DNA of 64,000 nucleotides from Balanoglossus misakiensis. Lineage: Eukaryota > Animalia > Hemichordata. Numbering within the stretch: position 1 is the first letter of the stretch; every line of letters begins with the position of its first letter. Where the stretch lies: positions 17,965,028 through 18,029,027 of the forward strand of contig CM082576.2 in NCBI GenBank assembly GCA_040954595.2, written 5' to 3'. Positions 12,801 through 25,532 of the stretch are shown in pieces. A program made the position numbers and the translations under genes. The notes below the pieces were generated by a model, which did no database searches, had not been told where the DNA came from, and worked only from the letters and a program-made list of their open reading frames with translations.

Positions 12801-14620
12801 TTCAGCATATTGAATTTATGCAAATTATGAAATCTGCCCATGTCAAATATTACTTCAAGATGGTTCTTCAGGAACATGAAATATTTTTATACTTTAAAAT
12901 CATAGAAAAGGTAGTGTTTATTTCTTGATATTTGGCCCCAAAATGTTCAATATTAAATGTATGCAAATTAGAAATATTTCTACAAGGTGGATTCGGGTTC
13001 AATTAATCTAGACACCTCTCCAAAATATATTCTGAAGAAAAAAATTCTGTTGCAATTTATGGTGGGTTAGGTCCCCAAATCTCAAACTTTGGCAGAAATG
13101 TTCCTTGTAGTGATTAAAGTAAGATGGTGTACAATTATAGTGATTTTTGCATATTTGTGTTTTTGCCACTTTTAAACAAATGTGTTTTTCTTTGAAACTG
13201 TTCTTTTGATTGCTTTGAAATTTGGTAGGAATATTCCTAGGGGTAATACTATTTTTCTGATTGCTTTGGAAGTTAGTTTACAATTTCATAACACATAAAC
13301 CTGTATGTGCGACTTTTATTAAAGTCTGGTTTTTAATATTTAGGTATTTTTGTTATAAATTCTTTGTTTTTGGATAGCAAATCTTCTCTTGAACCAATTG
13401 CCCAGTTTCTTTGAAAGTTACTGTTAACAAGGTGATGGTATACCCAACTTAGACTGTATTCACCACATGTTAACACGTAACTTTAATATGCCAGCTTTTA
13501 CACAGACCACCAGCTATTCTATTTTGAATTACCTAGTGGCAGGTCACTCAAAATTTTTGAGCAGGTATTCCATGGTTTCTTGATATCACAAAATCGTCTT
13601 AAACAGGTCTCCCATTAGACACTTTTAGCCCCTTGATTAGAGCATGAAATTGCAGGTTTTTGAGAACACTATTTAAAATCATCCCCATCAAGTCTGTAAA
13701 CGTCTTTGGACAGATTTCTCTCCAGAGTAAAACGAAACGTGCAATAAAGAGACTTTATGCAATAAAAACATGTTGATCATAACTCCAAACAATAATTTGC
13801 TATGTACAACATGTCAATCGCTAATAGTAGGTATGGCCATAAGCATAAACCTGTTTGTTTTGCTATCTTCACTATTCATGTTATCTGACTATATTAATAC
13901 ATTTGAAAGCATACTGTTTCAGACGTAGTGAAGTTGATAAACATTTACGGGTATATTTTTACCTGTTGAAACTTAAGGAAGTTGATCAAAAACTGGACAC
14001 TTCACATAGGATTTTTCATCCCCTCTGTAGATTGATAGTCTAACATAGCAGGCAATCTTTCTTTCAAAACTGCAGAGGCCTTCATAAAAAGTTGTTGGCA
14101 AGAATGAAAGCTTGGAGGGTGTAGGATTTCCTACTTTTTAGGTTATTTTTTTCTATGCCCCCCAAAAGTTATGACAAAAAATTGATGACACCCTATCCAT
14201 ATGCATATAAATATGTCAATAAACGCCATACTGTCCTGTAGGTTTGAGCTAATATTATGAATTTTCTATTTTTTATTGTTTTGTCTTTTTCTGCAATATT
14301 GGTAAAAACATCTTCATTTCTGAAAGCGATAGACTGACTCCTTCAAAATATAGTATGAAGCTGCCTATAGGTGGTCCGAGTTACCATAGTTTTGTTCAAA
14401 TCGAAATTGTTGTAAAATTGGCGTTTTTAATTTTGAACAATTTTTGCCATTTTTGCTCAGAATGCTTTGAAATTTGGGTACGAAGATTCCTAGGGGGGGG
14501 TAACCCAAGTAAGATGTAAATATGCTTAAAATTGCATGCTTGTGTTATTGGGGAATTTTTGTACAATTTTTATCAAAAACTTTTTTCTCTGAAAGCGCTT
14601 GTCAGGTTGCATTGAACTTT

Positions 14621-15725
14621 TAGGTCCCATTTGGGACCTAATGGAATCAGTTGCGTCTGTATGTATGGATGGATGTATGTCTGTATATCCGTCCACATCA
14701 AAAACTTGAAAACCGCTGCGTGTATCACCTTGATATTTGGTGTGTAGATGCATGCTGGGCTGTAAAAGGGAGTTTCTTCAAATGGACTTTAAAAAATATG
14801 CAAATTAGGTGGAAAAATTTGAAATGGGTCAAAACTCAAACACACCAACTACTAATCAGATTAATTTGGAAATTGGTATGCAGGTACCTTATGTCTACCT
14901 CAAACAGTCCTGTATGTTTAGAGCTAATATTGATTTTCTATTTTTGATGCATTTGTTTATATTAATTTTTCAACATTATTGGTAAAAAATCTTCATTTCT
15001 GAAAGTGATCGGCCTACTTCTTTGAAATTTAGTATGAAGCTTCTTATAGGTTGTCTGAGTAACCATGGTTTTGTTCAAATTATTGCAAAAAATTACATAT
15101 TTATAATTTTGATGATAATTTTTTTGTTATTTTTCCCCTCTGAAACCGCTTGTCAGATTGCTTTGATTGATTCGCTTTTTGGCAGGCATGTTCCTTGTGG
15201 TGATTGAAGTTAGGATTTTGAACAATTTTGGTGATATTTGCTTGTATGATTTTTTGCCACTTTTGAACAAATATTTAGCGAGTTTTTTGCAAATTATTGA
15301 TTTTGGTTAGCAAATCTTCTAAACTCATGTCCAGTTGCATTGAAAGTTACTGTTTACAAGGTATTGGTACCCCGAGACTGTTTACACTACATGTTTACAT
15401 AACTTAATAGGCCAGCTGTTACAGAGACCATTAGCTATTGAATGTCTGTTAGTCTGTCCAAGGGCTGACTGTAAGAAGTTGCTTGTCATGTGTGTTTCTA
15501 CACACAATTTTTGGTCAAACATAAATTTTTCTTGCATCACTTGTAAGACTGCCATGACACATGACAGTCTATTGGGTATGGTCCTTGTTAATTTTTTTAC
15601 ATTTTCATATTTATATATGGTTAGGTCATATCCGCTTGCCAGTGTCGCATGTGATTTTTATTCTTGTCTATAACTAATTCCGTGTAATCCTCAAATGGGA
15701 CCACAGTGTCCTTGACGCTATTTTT
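14621..15725 (+). mobile_element. Non-autonomous Helentron (HINE-like, family 'GGTCCCAT'), apparently complete; partial copies near 6016, 6544, 11683, 12191, 17234 and 22300-22730
   Basis: 5' TAGGTCCCATTTGGGACCTA, GTAT/GGAT microsatellite, 3' ATGGGACC plus hairpin AGTGTC-CTT-GACGCT followed by a T run; T-rich flanks, no TSD. Confidence 0.65.
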
Positions 15726-18700
15726 TCATAGTCATCCCTAAAAGTCTGGTGTTATGTGCCCCCCCCCCCCCCAATTTCTCATGTAAAAAAACCGATGGCC
15801 CCCTGGAAATCCTACAGCCACCTCAATTCCTGGGGAAGTATATTCTCAACACTCCCTTATATCACATCCCATATATTGCGACCTACAGGTTTATGATTTG
15901 TTACTAACTGCTATGCATATTTCATTCACAGATGGAAGCCATGATTGTCGCAATTTCAACTGGTCCAGGGTTTCTCGTTCTCCTGTGCGCTGAAGCTTGG
16001 TTAAGACTACTTTCTGGTAAGCATGAGTTCATCTATATTTGCTTTTTTAGGGCATTATTGATTTCCTGTAATGTGATTATGATGAGGTGAATGAACTGGA
16101 CATAAATTCAGTTTGGACACATTTAGAATTGGCAGAATTACCCATAGCTATAATTGTATATAGGCGCCTTGAATTTAATTATTTGTTTGCCGTCCATGGG
16201 TGGGTATGTTTTAGGTACAGTGTTATTAAGTCTGTGTGCATGTTTTTGTTGTTTACACATAAATATCATTTGTCTCCTGATTGCCATGTAAGAGAATACC
16301 CATATGGAGCTTCTATACTCTGCAGTACTATTACTTAGTCAGATGTAAATGGAGTTTCAAAATTGCTGTTTCACAGATTTATCTGCTAAGTATTCTATTG
16401 TTATGCGTTGTCACAACACAGCCTTGACCCTACATTATACCATGTTCTGCATATTTTGACTTATTAGTATGACATAATGCAAGTTTGTGATTGGTTACTT
16501 ATAAACATGCACATATATTTGATTCACAGGTGGACTGTCTTAAATGGTCATCATTAGGCTGTGCAGGAGGGGGAGAAGACCTTGGACCCTATGTTAAAGA
16601 CCCTTGCGGCCCCGTCAAGTACCTTTTTCTGGTAACCACAACTTGTTGTATACATGCTTCATAGCCAGTTTATATGTTACTGTTTTTAATCAAATAGTTA
16701 ATTCACCCTCTCAATTTTATTGGGGCAGCAATCCACCGTTGGTTTATTATGCACACCTCTAATAATCACTTGTCGGATGAATATTCTCCACTTGGTAACC
16801 TTTATGTAGTGCTATCCTCCACGATCAAGAAGTGGGTTGATTATGACTATTTGAATAGGGTACCTAATTGTATTAAGGGTATAGGGGAAGTATTTCACAA
16901 ATGTTTGTGTACATGGATTTCTCATTTCAACTCATTGGAGATTTTTTTCCTTCATTTTGTGATCTTAGTTAGTTTGGCGCAAATTGTTGCCAGTTTTGCA
17001 TATTTGTAATGTTTGGTCAATTTTTGCCATTCCGAGTCGAAAATCGTTTTTCTGAAACTTTTTGTCAGATAGCTTTGAAATTTGGAAGGCATGTTCCTAC
17101 TCAGGCGAGGGGTGTAAACCTAAGTAACTGTTGGTGTGAAATTTGGTGAAACTTTTGGGAAATTTTGCAACTTTTCATCAAAAATTGTTTGAAACTACTT
17201 GTCAGATTGATTGTAAATTTAGTCAATCTTTGTAGGCCCCATTCAATATATGTGTATACCACTGGGACCTTATGCGATTCAGCTGCTTCTGTATCTATGT
17301 CCATCCACAACAAAAACTTATAGCCGCAATATTTGGAGTGTAAAGGCTGTTCTGTAGATATAATTTTGTTTAAGTTGTCATGGCCAAAAATGTGCAAATG
17401 AGCTTGAAAAACGTTAAATGGTCTAAACTCATCAACTACTGGGCAAATTGCTTTATAAATTTGTATGCATGACGACTTCAAAGTCCTGCATGTTTTGAGC
17501 TCATATCATGAATTTTCTATTTTTTATGCTTGTTTGGACTTTTCCATATTTTTTGTAAATAAACAATTTATGGAAGTGATAGCCAATTTCTTTAAAATTT
17601 AGCATGAAGCTTCCTATATTTGATCTAAGGTGGCTTTTGTAAATTGCCTATTTGTAAGTTTGGGAGATTTTTACCAATTTTGCTCAAAAATCATTTTCTC
17701 TGAAATCCCTCGTCAGATTGCTTTTAAATTTGGTTGGAACGTTCCTTGAGGTTACCCAAGTAAGATGTTGTAAAATGTTAGTGAAATTTGTGTTCTTGGG
17801 GCAATTTTTGCAATTTTCCATCAAAATTCGTATCCTTTAAACTATTTGTTGATAATAGCTGGTAGCCGATCAAAACTCTGGTTGTACTCAGCTTGTGACT
17901 GTCGATAAAACTATTATTTTCAATAAAAATCTGCCGAGAAAATGCAGACTGATTCCAAAGGATTCTTATCTTAAATAGTATATGCTGAAACTATTTCCGT
18001 CATAACAGAAGGGTTCAAAACGTAATAATCTAATGCTGTAAGTCGCAATCTCGCCTTCCTATCTCCAGTGAAAAATGATAAGACAACACCAATGGTATGA
18101 GTAATGATATAACCCATATTTATTTCAAGTTAACTAAACTGTGATAAAAGCAGTGATAGAACTGGTTTCAATTTAGAAGGTATTGCTTGGACCACGAAAA
18201 AAGACAATTAATACTGACAGTAATGAAACGCATCCCATCCATGCATTCATCAAAAGTAATTTCTCCATGCTTTTTGAGCAACTTGGCCTATGTATAGTAC
18301 CCTATTGTCTCTCAATGCAAGCCACTTGCTTTCACAAAACAATCCCATTTTGCCACTTTGTACTGTTCTTTATATTTTGATCTGAATCTAAAAATACCAT
18401 CGACTCATCCAGTGTGAGTTAGCACTGTAATGAGCCAAAGTTATAAATCCACAGTTACCCAGCAAATTTGATTTAATGCTTCCCAAAGGTATTGGTTTTG
18501 AACTCTCTTCTGAAATAGGTATGAAAATTTTAAAATTTCTACTGTTTCAACCCAGACTAGTTTATTTCTGAGTAAACAGAGAAATGACAACCGATAGATT
18601 ATTCCTCTGTAATAAAGACATATGCAGACACAAGAAAAAGTCTGAACATAATCAGTACATTACTAAAACAGTGTAGGTACATTGTACTATAAACTCAGGA

Positions 18701-19436
18701 AGATAAGTGACTATTGTTTGCCAAAAATGGTCCCAAGTCATTTCTCAAGCAGAGCAGAATAGTAGCTTAGAGAAGCAAAGTGTGATGATTTAAAATGTGA
18801 AAAGGCAACACCAATCTCTAGCTCTGCTCTTAGCACTGCAAATGTTATCAGACAGGTAGATAGATGTTCAGTCATCCTATGTCTGTCAACACTTTTTCTT
18901 TTCTGAAATCACTGGTGCAAGTGCTTTCAAATTTGGTATGCAGGTTTCTGGGGGTAGCGAAGTAATGCGTGTTCAAATTGTGTTGAATTCTGCATATTTG
19001 TAGTTTGAAACGAGTTTTTGCTGTCTTTGGAAGAAGAAGTAAGCTTGTAGGATTTCTTTGACTATGCAAGTTTCTAGGGATAACGCAAGTTGTTTCTTCA
19101 AAATGTGGTGAAATTTGCATTTTTTTTTTTTGGGGGGGGGGGGGGGGAATTTTCTCTGAAATTTAGTATGTATCTCCATGAGGTTTGTGACATAACTTGC
19201 AATTTTGTATTTTGGGGGCAGTTGCCTTTTTATTTGGACTTAAAATCATATTAGAATATGCATATCTGATTGTCATGTCCACAGGGGTGATATTATTTGT
19301 TTACAGTATGACCGAATCTGTAAAGTTTTCATAATGATCTTTAAAATTGGTACGTCTAATTGTTTCGATCTTTGTTGTGAATTGTCCCTGAGTGCTCTTA
19401 GTCATTTTTTTAAAATTCTGCTGAATATTGCATTAT

Positions 19437-19492
19437 TATTACGGGCCCAAGCCAAGCCAGGCTTGGGCCTGTATTGGTTTCGTTGGGGTTTT

Positions 19493-19524
<32 letters not shown>

Positions 19525-21770
19525 ACGGGCCCAAGCCAAGCCAGGCTTGGGCCCGTATTGGTTTCGTTGGGGTTTTTCTTTCTTTCTTTATTCTTGGTTC
19601 ATTTCTTTCGCGCTCTAGATCTCAGACACCGCTGCAGGTACAGTTCTCAAACTTGCTACAGTGGTCAAGGTCAATGAGTAGATGTGCAGTGACTTGTGAA
19701 TACTTAATTAGTCACGTGACTTGGCGGCCATATTGGATTTTCTGAAAAAATGCAAATCTCAGATCTCAGAAACTACAAGTCAGATCGACTTCAGATTTGG
19801 CGTGCTGGTAGTATACCCTCTGCCCATCATTTTTGTAATTGGATATTTTGCTGTCAATGTTGCAGTTTTTTTGCTACAGTTGTTTTTCTGAAATCTGGTC
19901 AAAATTTCAAAAATCCTCTTCTCCAGAACCGGCGATAACCGAGTCACGCCATTTGGGTTATGTGGTCACCTAACTGATGTCTATCAAGTTTGCGAAGATC
20001 ATTGTGATTGGTCAAAGATTATGGCGGCCATATTGAATTTTCGAAAAACCATAGTAAAATTTCAAAAATCTTCTCCTCCAGAACGGGCGATAACCGAGTC
20101 ACAAGATTTGGTGTGTGTGGTCATTAAACGGATGTCTATCAAGTTTGCGAAGGGGAATGTGATTGGTTGAAGATTATGGCGGCCATATTGGATTTTGTGA
20201 AAAACGATTAAAAAGTAAAAATTCCTTTTCTAGCCTAAAAATTGATAGCACAGAAATTCTTTTTATGGATATGAATCATCATATGACAAGAATAAGCTAT
20301 AAATATTTTTGTAATTTTGCAATGACCTTTGACCTACTTTTGACGAATCATTTTTCTGCATATCTAATTCCAGGCTAACCAATAGGGCTATAAGTTTGGT
20401 TTTTGATGTATGTGGATTTGTATGTGATCAAAACATTTTGCTACTTTTCATGACCCCTTTCACCTCTGGTGACCTCATTAAATATGCGCATACCTAATTA
20501 ATGATGAACCAATAGACCTAGAGGTTTTGTTTTTGTTAAACATGGACCAGTATGGGGTCAAAATATTTTGCCCAAATGTTGGGTGACCTCGGGTGACCTT
20601 TGACCTACTTAACACTATATTAGCATCAGATCAGATAATAGAGCTTTGGCCCGGACAATGCTGCTTGCAGCTTTAATTTATTCTTGGTTCACTTCTTTCG
20701 CGCTCTAGATCTCAGACACCGCTGCAGGTACAGTTCTCAAACTTGCTACAGTGGTCAAGGTCAATGAGTAGATGTGCAGTGACTTGTGAATACTTAATTA
20801 GTCACGTGACATGGCGGCCATATTGGATTTTCTGAAAAAATGCAAATCTCAGATCTCAGAAACTACAAGTCAGATCGAGTTCAGATTTGGCGTGCTGGTA
20901 GTATACCCTCTGCCCATCATTTTTGTAATTGGATATTTTGCTGTCAATGTTGCAGTTTTTTTGCTACAGTTGTTTTTCTGAAATCTGGTCAAAATTTCAA
21001 AAATCTTCTTCTCCAGAACCGGCGATAACCGAGTCACGCCGTTTGGGGTATGTGGTCACCTAACTGATGTCTATCAAGTTTGCGAAGATCATTGTGATTG
21101 GTCGAAGATTATGGCGGCCATATTGGATTTTCGAAAAACCATAGTAAAACTTCAAAAATCTTCTTCTCCAGAACGGGCGATAACCGAGTCACAAGATTTG
21201 GTGTGTGTGGTCATTAAACAGATGTCTATCAAGTTTGCGAAGGGGAATGTGATTGGTCGAAGATTATGGCGGCCATATTGGATTTTGTGAAAAACGATTA
21301 AAAAGTAAAAATTCCTTTTCTAGCCTAAAAATTGATAGCACAGAAATTCTTTTTATGGATATGAATCATCATATGACAAGAATAACCTATAAATATTTTG
21401 GTAATTTTGGCAATGACCTTTGACCTACTTTTGACGCATCATTTTTCTGCATATCTAATTCCAGGCTAACCAATAGGGCTATAAGTTTGGTGTTTGATGT
21501 ATGTGGATTTGTATGTGATCAAAAAATTTTGCTACTTTTCATGACCCCTTTGACCTCTGCTGACCTCATTAAATATGCATATACCTAATTACAGATGAAC
21601 CAATAGACCTAGAGGTTTTGTTTTTGTTATACATGGACCAGTATGGGGTCAAAATATTTTGCCCAAATGTTGGGTGACCTCGGGTGACCTTTGACCTACT
21701 TAACACTATATTAGCATCAGATCAGATAATAGAGCTTGGGCCCGGACAATGCTGCTTGCAGCTTTAATTT
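19437..21770 (+). mobile_element. Non-autonomous Helentron (DINE-1/HINE-like, family 'GGGCCCAAGC') as a head-to-tail dimer of a 1090-bp body
   Basis: 5' subTIR CGGGCCCAAGC plus nearby inverted GCTTGGGCC, (TTTC)n, GGCGGCCATATTGGATTT core repeats, 3' subTIR GCTTGGGCCCG and hairpin GCTGC-TT-GCAGC then TTTAATTT. The 3' module occurs at both 20641-20677 and 21734-21770. Confidence 0.75.
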
Positions 21771-22990
21771 TATGTCTGAGTCTGAAGAGTAGTCCTCTTC
21801 TCTGAAACCCCTTGCCCTAAAGTCAGGTGTCAAATAGTATAATTTGCATATTTGTTGCATATGGGATATTGTTGCAGTTTTTTGAAGTTCAAGATGGCTG
21901 CCAATCTTTGTTTTAACTCTTTGGAAAAACATTTATTTAAATACTTTTCTGAAAACAAGGTGGTGAACATCACATGTTTTCAAACAGTAATTGATATAGC
22001 TATCATTGTTTCTGAAAATCTTAACTTGTAGGATTCTTTTTTAATCTCTAGCATCTGCAAAGACCACTAAAACAGCAACTCTATAAAAAGTCTTATTGCT
22101 TAGTACTGACACAAGGTGGTAAAAAGATATGCAGCTTTTGACTTCTTACAGGCTTACATTTTGTTAGTGATATCAGTCCCTTTTTGGTATTGTGCTGGTT
22201 TTTTTCAGGAGCTTGGGCCCCATTCCCTGGATTTTTTTTGCACACCTGGCTCTGAAAAGCTGCCACACCTAGGCTTCTCAAATTTGTCACAGCTGTCCTT
22301 GCCAACGAGTGTGCACCTTGAAATTCAAATCAGTTATTTGACCTGGCAGCCATATTCAGTTAAACTTTTTGAATTAATGCAAATTAGCTGGGACAATTTG
22401 AAATTGGTCAAAACTCAGAAACTCGACAACCACTGGTCAGATTGATTTGACAATTGGTATGCAAGTACCTTATGTCAACCACATACAGTCCTATATTTTT
22501 TTGAACAAATAGTTTGAATATTCTATTTTTATGCATTTTTTCATCATTTTTGGCAAAAAGTCTACTTTTCTAGAATTGATGAGTCGACTTCTTTGGGCGA
22601 CGGCAAAGGCTAGGGGGGAATTTAAACGGATTTTATTGCCTCTATGTGTGTGTCTGTCTGTCTGTACTCCTGTGTAGACTTCTTTTAGTGTAATCACTAA
22701 ATGAGACCACAGTGTCCCTGACGCGATTTTCAGTGACCCCAGGGTAACCTTTGACCAGCTTTCCTATATCTTAGTATTCACAGCAGAATACAGCCTTGGC
22801 ATACTAACCCTGGTAACCATGGGAACTGTTTGGGCCCCACCAATGGTGCTGGCAGCTTTAATTTTTAAATGATTTCTTCTTATCATTGTTTTTTTATCAA
22901 TGATGATGACTTGATCTAATCAGTTTTTTAAAATAATTTCATTCTTTTTTTACATTAGGTTCATTGGTAAAACTGCTGCTAGAGGTAGTG

Positions 22991-23609
22991 TAATACTTGT
23001 AACGACGCCGCCACCTAATACTGTACTGGAGAGATGAACTTAATACTTGTAACGACGCCGCCACCTAATACTGTACTGGAGAGATGAACTTAATACTTGT
23101 AACGACGCCGCCACCTAATACTGTACTGGAGAGATGAACTTAATACTTGTAACGACGCCGCCACCTAATACTGTACTGGAGAGATGAACTTAATACTTGT
23201 AACGACGCCGCCACCTAATACTGTACTGGAGGGATGAACTTAATACTTGTAACGACGCCGCCACCTAATACTGTACTGGAGGGATGAACTTAATACTTGT
23301 AACGACGCCGCCACCTAATACTGTACTGGAGAGATGAACTTAATACTTGTAACGACGCCGCCACCTAATACTGTACTGGAGAGATGAACTTAATACTTGT
23401 AACGACGCCGCCACCTAATACTGTACTGGAGGGATGAACTTAATACTTGTAACGACGCCGCCACCTAATACTGTACTGGAGGGATGAACATAATACTTGT
23501 AACGCCGCCGCCACCTAATACTGTAACTGGAGGGATGAACTTAATACTTGTAACGATGCCGCCACCTAATACTGTACTGGAGGGATGAACTTAAACTTGT
23601 AACGACGCC
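22991..23609. repeat. 50-bp minisatellite, ~12.4 near-identical copies
   Basis: Unit TAATACTTGTAACGACGCCGCCACCTAATACTGTACTGGAG(A/G)GATGAACT, no spacers. Confidence 0.97.
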
Positions 23610-23792
23610 AGATGATGCTTCTGTGACCAGAGGGATGAACAACGCCATGATTTGTTGATCTGATCTAATTAATAATATTCATTCTTTTTTTTTCAATAGG
23701 TTCATTGGTAATATCATCGCCGGAGGGAGTCTAATCAATATCTACAACAACGCTGCGCCAGATAACAATATCATAACCAGAGGGATGCTGTC

Positions 23793-24360
23793 AATAGGTT
23801 AGGTTAATAAAAATGGTTTAATCTGAGGGAATGGTAAAGGGTTGGTGTATGAATATGTTAGGGTAATAAAAAATGGTATAATCTAACGGAATGGTGAAGG
23901 GTTGGTGTATGAATAGGTTAGGCTAATAAAAAATGGTATAATGTAATGGAATGTAATGGAATGGTGAAGGGTTGGTGTATGATGACAGTGTGCACAAGGG
24001 TACTGTAACAAAACTGTCTGCATGGGTATAATATTATGGTTTCAAGGGTATGATAAGTAATTAAAATACTATAAAAACAAGGGTAATGCCACATGGTAAA
24101 TAAAAACTGTACATGTACAGAGGGTAAATACCGGTATAATATATAAGGGTGTAAACATCAATGGTGTAATAATAAAAAATGGGTAACACAAGGTTTTGGT
24201 GGTATAATAATAATAAAATGGTATTAACTTGATGGTATAAACATTATGGGATGTGTATAAATGGTGTTAATATTACAAAGGTATGATGATTAATTGGGGT
24301 GTAATAATAAGAAATTTAAAATCATTGGATAATTTATTAGTGTCAGGTTGGGTAAAATAA
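23793..24360. repeat. ~60-bp tandem repeat (3 copies) decaying into GGTATAAT-rich simple sequence
   Basis: AATAGGTTAGG.TAATAAAAATGGT.TAAT...GGAATGGT.AAGGGTTGGTGTATG repeated; many (A/G)GGT(A/G)TAAT motifs follow. Confidence 0.7.
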
Positions 24361-24404
24361 TTTTTGCTATGCATTCGTGTAATTTGTCTGCCGATTTTTT
24401 GTAG

Positions 24405-24590
24405 CGTTACCCGCGTTCGCGTTCTTCATTGCAGGTCGCTCGTCGTGTAATGGAATTTCGCCGTGTGCCCGTTTGATTCGCCGATGGATTTTTTTACAAC
24501 GTTACCCGCGTTCGCGTTCTTCATCGCAGTTCGCTCGTCGTGTAATGGAATTTCGCCGTGTGCCCGTTTGATTCACCGATGGATTTTTTG
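24405..24590. repeat. ~95-bp CpG-rich direct repeat, 2 copies
   Basis: CGTTACCCGCGTTCGCGTTCTTCAT...GATTC.CCGATGGATTTTTT twice in tandem. Confidence 0.9.
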
Positions 24591-25281
24591 CTTTCGTCAT
24601 CGTAATTCCCGCATCAACACGAATCCTCAATCTCATGTAACAACAATACATCAAAATGTACACAGAAAAATAGGAGTCGGCAAGACAATTCTGGTTAGTG
24701 TGAGCCCCAACCTTTTAAAATTCACAACGGGGGAGGGGGCAGTTTTTCCTCATTTTATATTTGGCTCGAGGTTTTTAACTGTCCCCAGGCGCGTAAAGTT
24801 AGTTAGTTTATCACACAGAATGTAATTATCTTGCTTGATTTAAAAAAACACTAAAATTGTATGGGGGAGCTTCTTGCGATTTGCACTTAAGAAACTGATG
24901 GTTTTTACCCATAGGTAATAATTAGTATTAACACATAATTGCCTAGAAATAAAAATTAACTCAAGGGTAGAATGCAACAGTTTATTTTGTGCAATATCAA
25001 CAGGAGCTATTTTGGCACATTATTTCAGTTTGATAAACACTGTTTTTGCTCATTGTTTCATTTCGACCACATTATTTCAGTTTGATAAAAACTGTTTTTG
25101 CTTATTGTTTTATTTCAACCACTTTTGTCACCTTGTTTTAAATTGAATGCAAGCATTGTTTCTGTTTGACCACTACTTGGGGTAATTGTTCCAAATTGGT
25201 ATGCAAGATATTTTACATCAGTAGTTAGCCATCTAGCCACACTTTAGCTGCACAGCATATGAAAAATAATGAAATTCATGC

Positions 25282-25349
25282 AAAAAGCAAAAAAGTATTA
25301 TGGGTATAATGCCATTGCAGCATTGGCGGTTCGACTCCGTCGATACTTA
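25282..25349 (+). ncRNA. AAAAAGCAAAA tract plus 57-nt tRNA-like (mascRNA/menRNA-like) cloverleaf; candidate RNase P/Z 3'-end module
   Basis: Acceptor AAGTATT(25293-99)/GATACTT(25342-48); 8-nt D region ATGGGTAT; stem AATGC/GCATT with 7-nt loop; T arm GGCGG-TTCGACT-CCGTC. Nested in an 18-bp inverted repeat, so a MITE origin is an alternative. Confidence 0.35.
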
Positions 25350-25532
25350 CTTTGAAGCATAAGTCTTCATTATTTTTCATATGTAATAAATAAAACTATT
25401 CCAAATTCATATCTTTGTTTTCAGTTTGTGCTTTTGCTTCAGTTAGGGGGCCCACACTTACCAAACCTGTCTTGCCATCTTTTCACATACCTTTAAATAT
25501 GCAGCGCCAGCAGTAGGCAGTATTTGATCAAA

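Larger units (their letters stand above)
3864..13455 (+). repeat. Tandem segmental duplication: copy 1 ~3864-7587, copy 2 ~7588-13455 (enlarged by insertions); a more diverged third copy from ~15890
   Basis: Both copies start AGAGCTACTATGACTGG and end AAGTTACTGTTAACAAGGTGA...CCCAACTTAGACT. Paired spurious ORFs: 4637/10535, 5401/11068, 6543/12205. Confidence 0.85.
2960..23798 (+). ncRNA. Putative spliced lncRNA with exons ~2960-3056, 3912-3986, 4542-4614, 7636-7710, 10440-10512, 15932-16016, 16530-16631, 22959-?, 23700-23798
   Basis: The six A/B exons have CAG acceptors (A-type exons have ACTAAC branch points) and G|GTAAGC or G|GTAACC donors. The last two have polyT-TAG acceptors. Joining them gives no long ORF. 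The start is approximate and transcription is inferred. Confidence 0.45.

Noticed and set aside
4637-22700. Numerous 60-130 aa ORFs, several in duplicate
   Set aside because: They fall in HINE-type repeats and the local duplication; paired copies differ by frameshifts and stops.
22991-23609. CRISPR-like regular array
   Set aside because: Units are contiguous with no unique spacers, there are no cas genes, and the context is eukaryotic.
25293-25349. Canonical tRNA gene
   Set aside because: D arm and A box are reduced, there is no variable loop and the anticodon loop lacks U33; kept only as a tRNA-like candidate.
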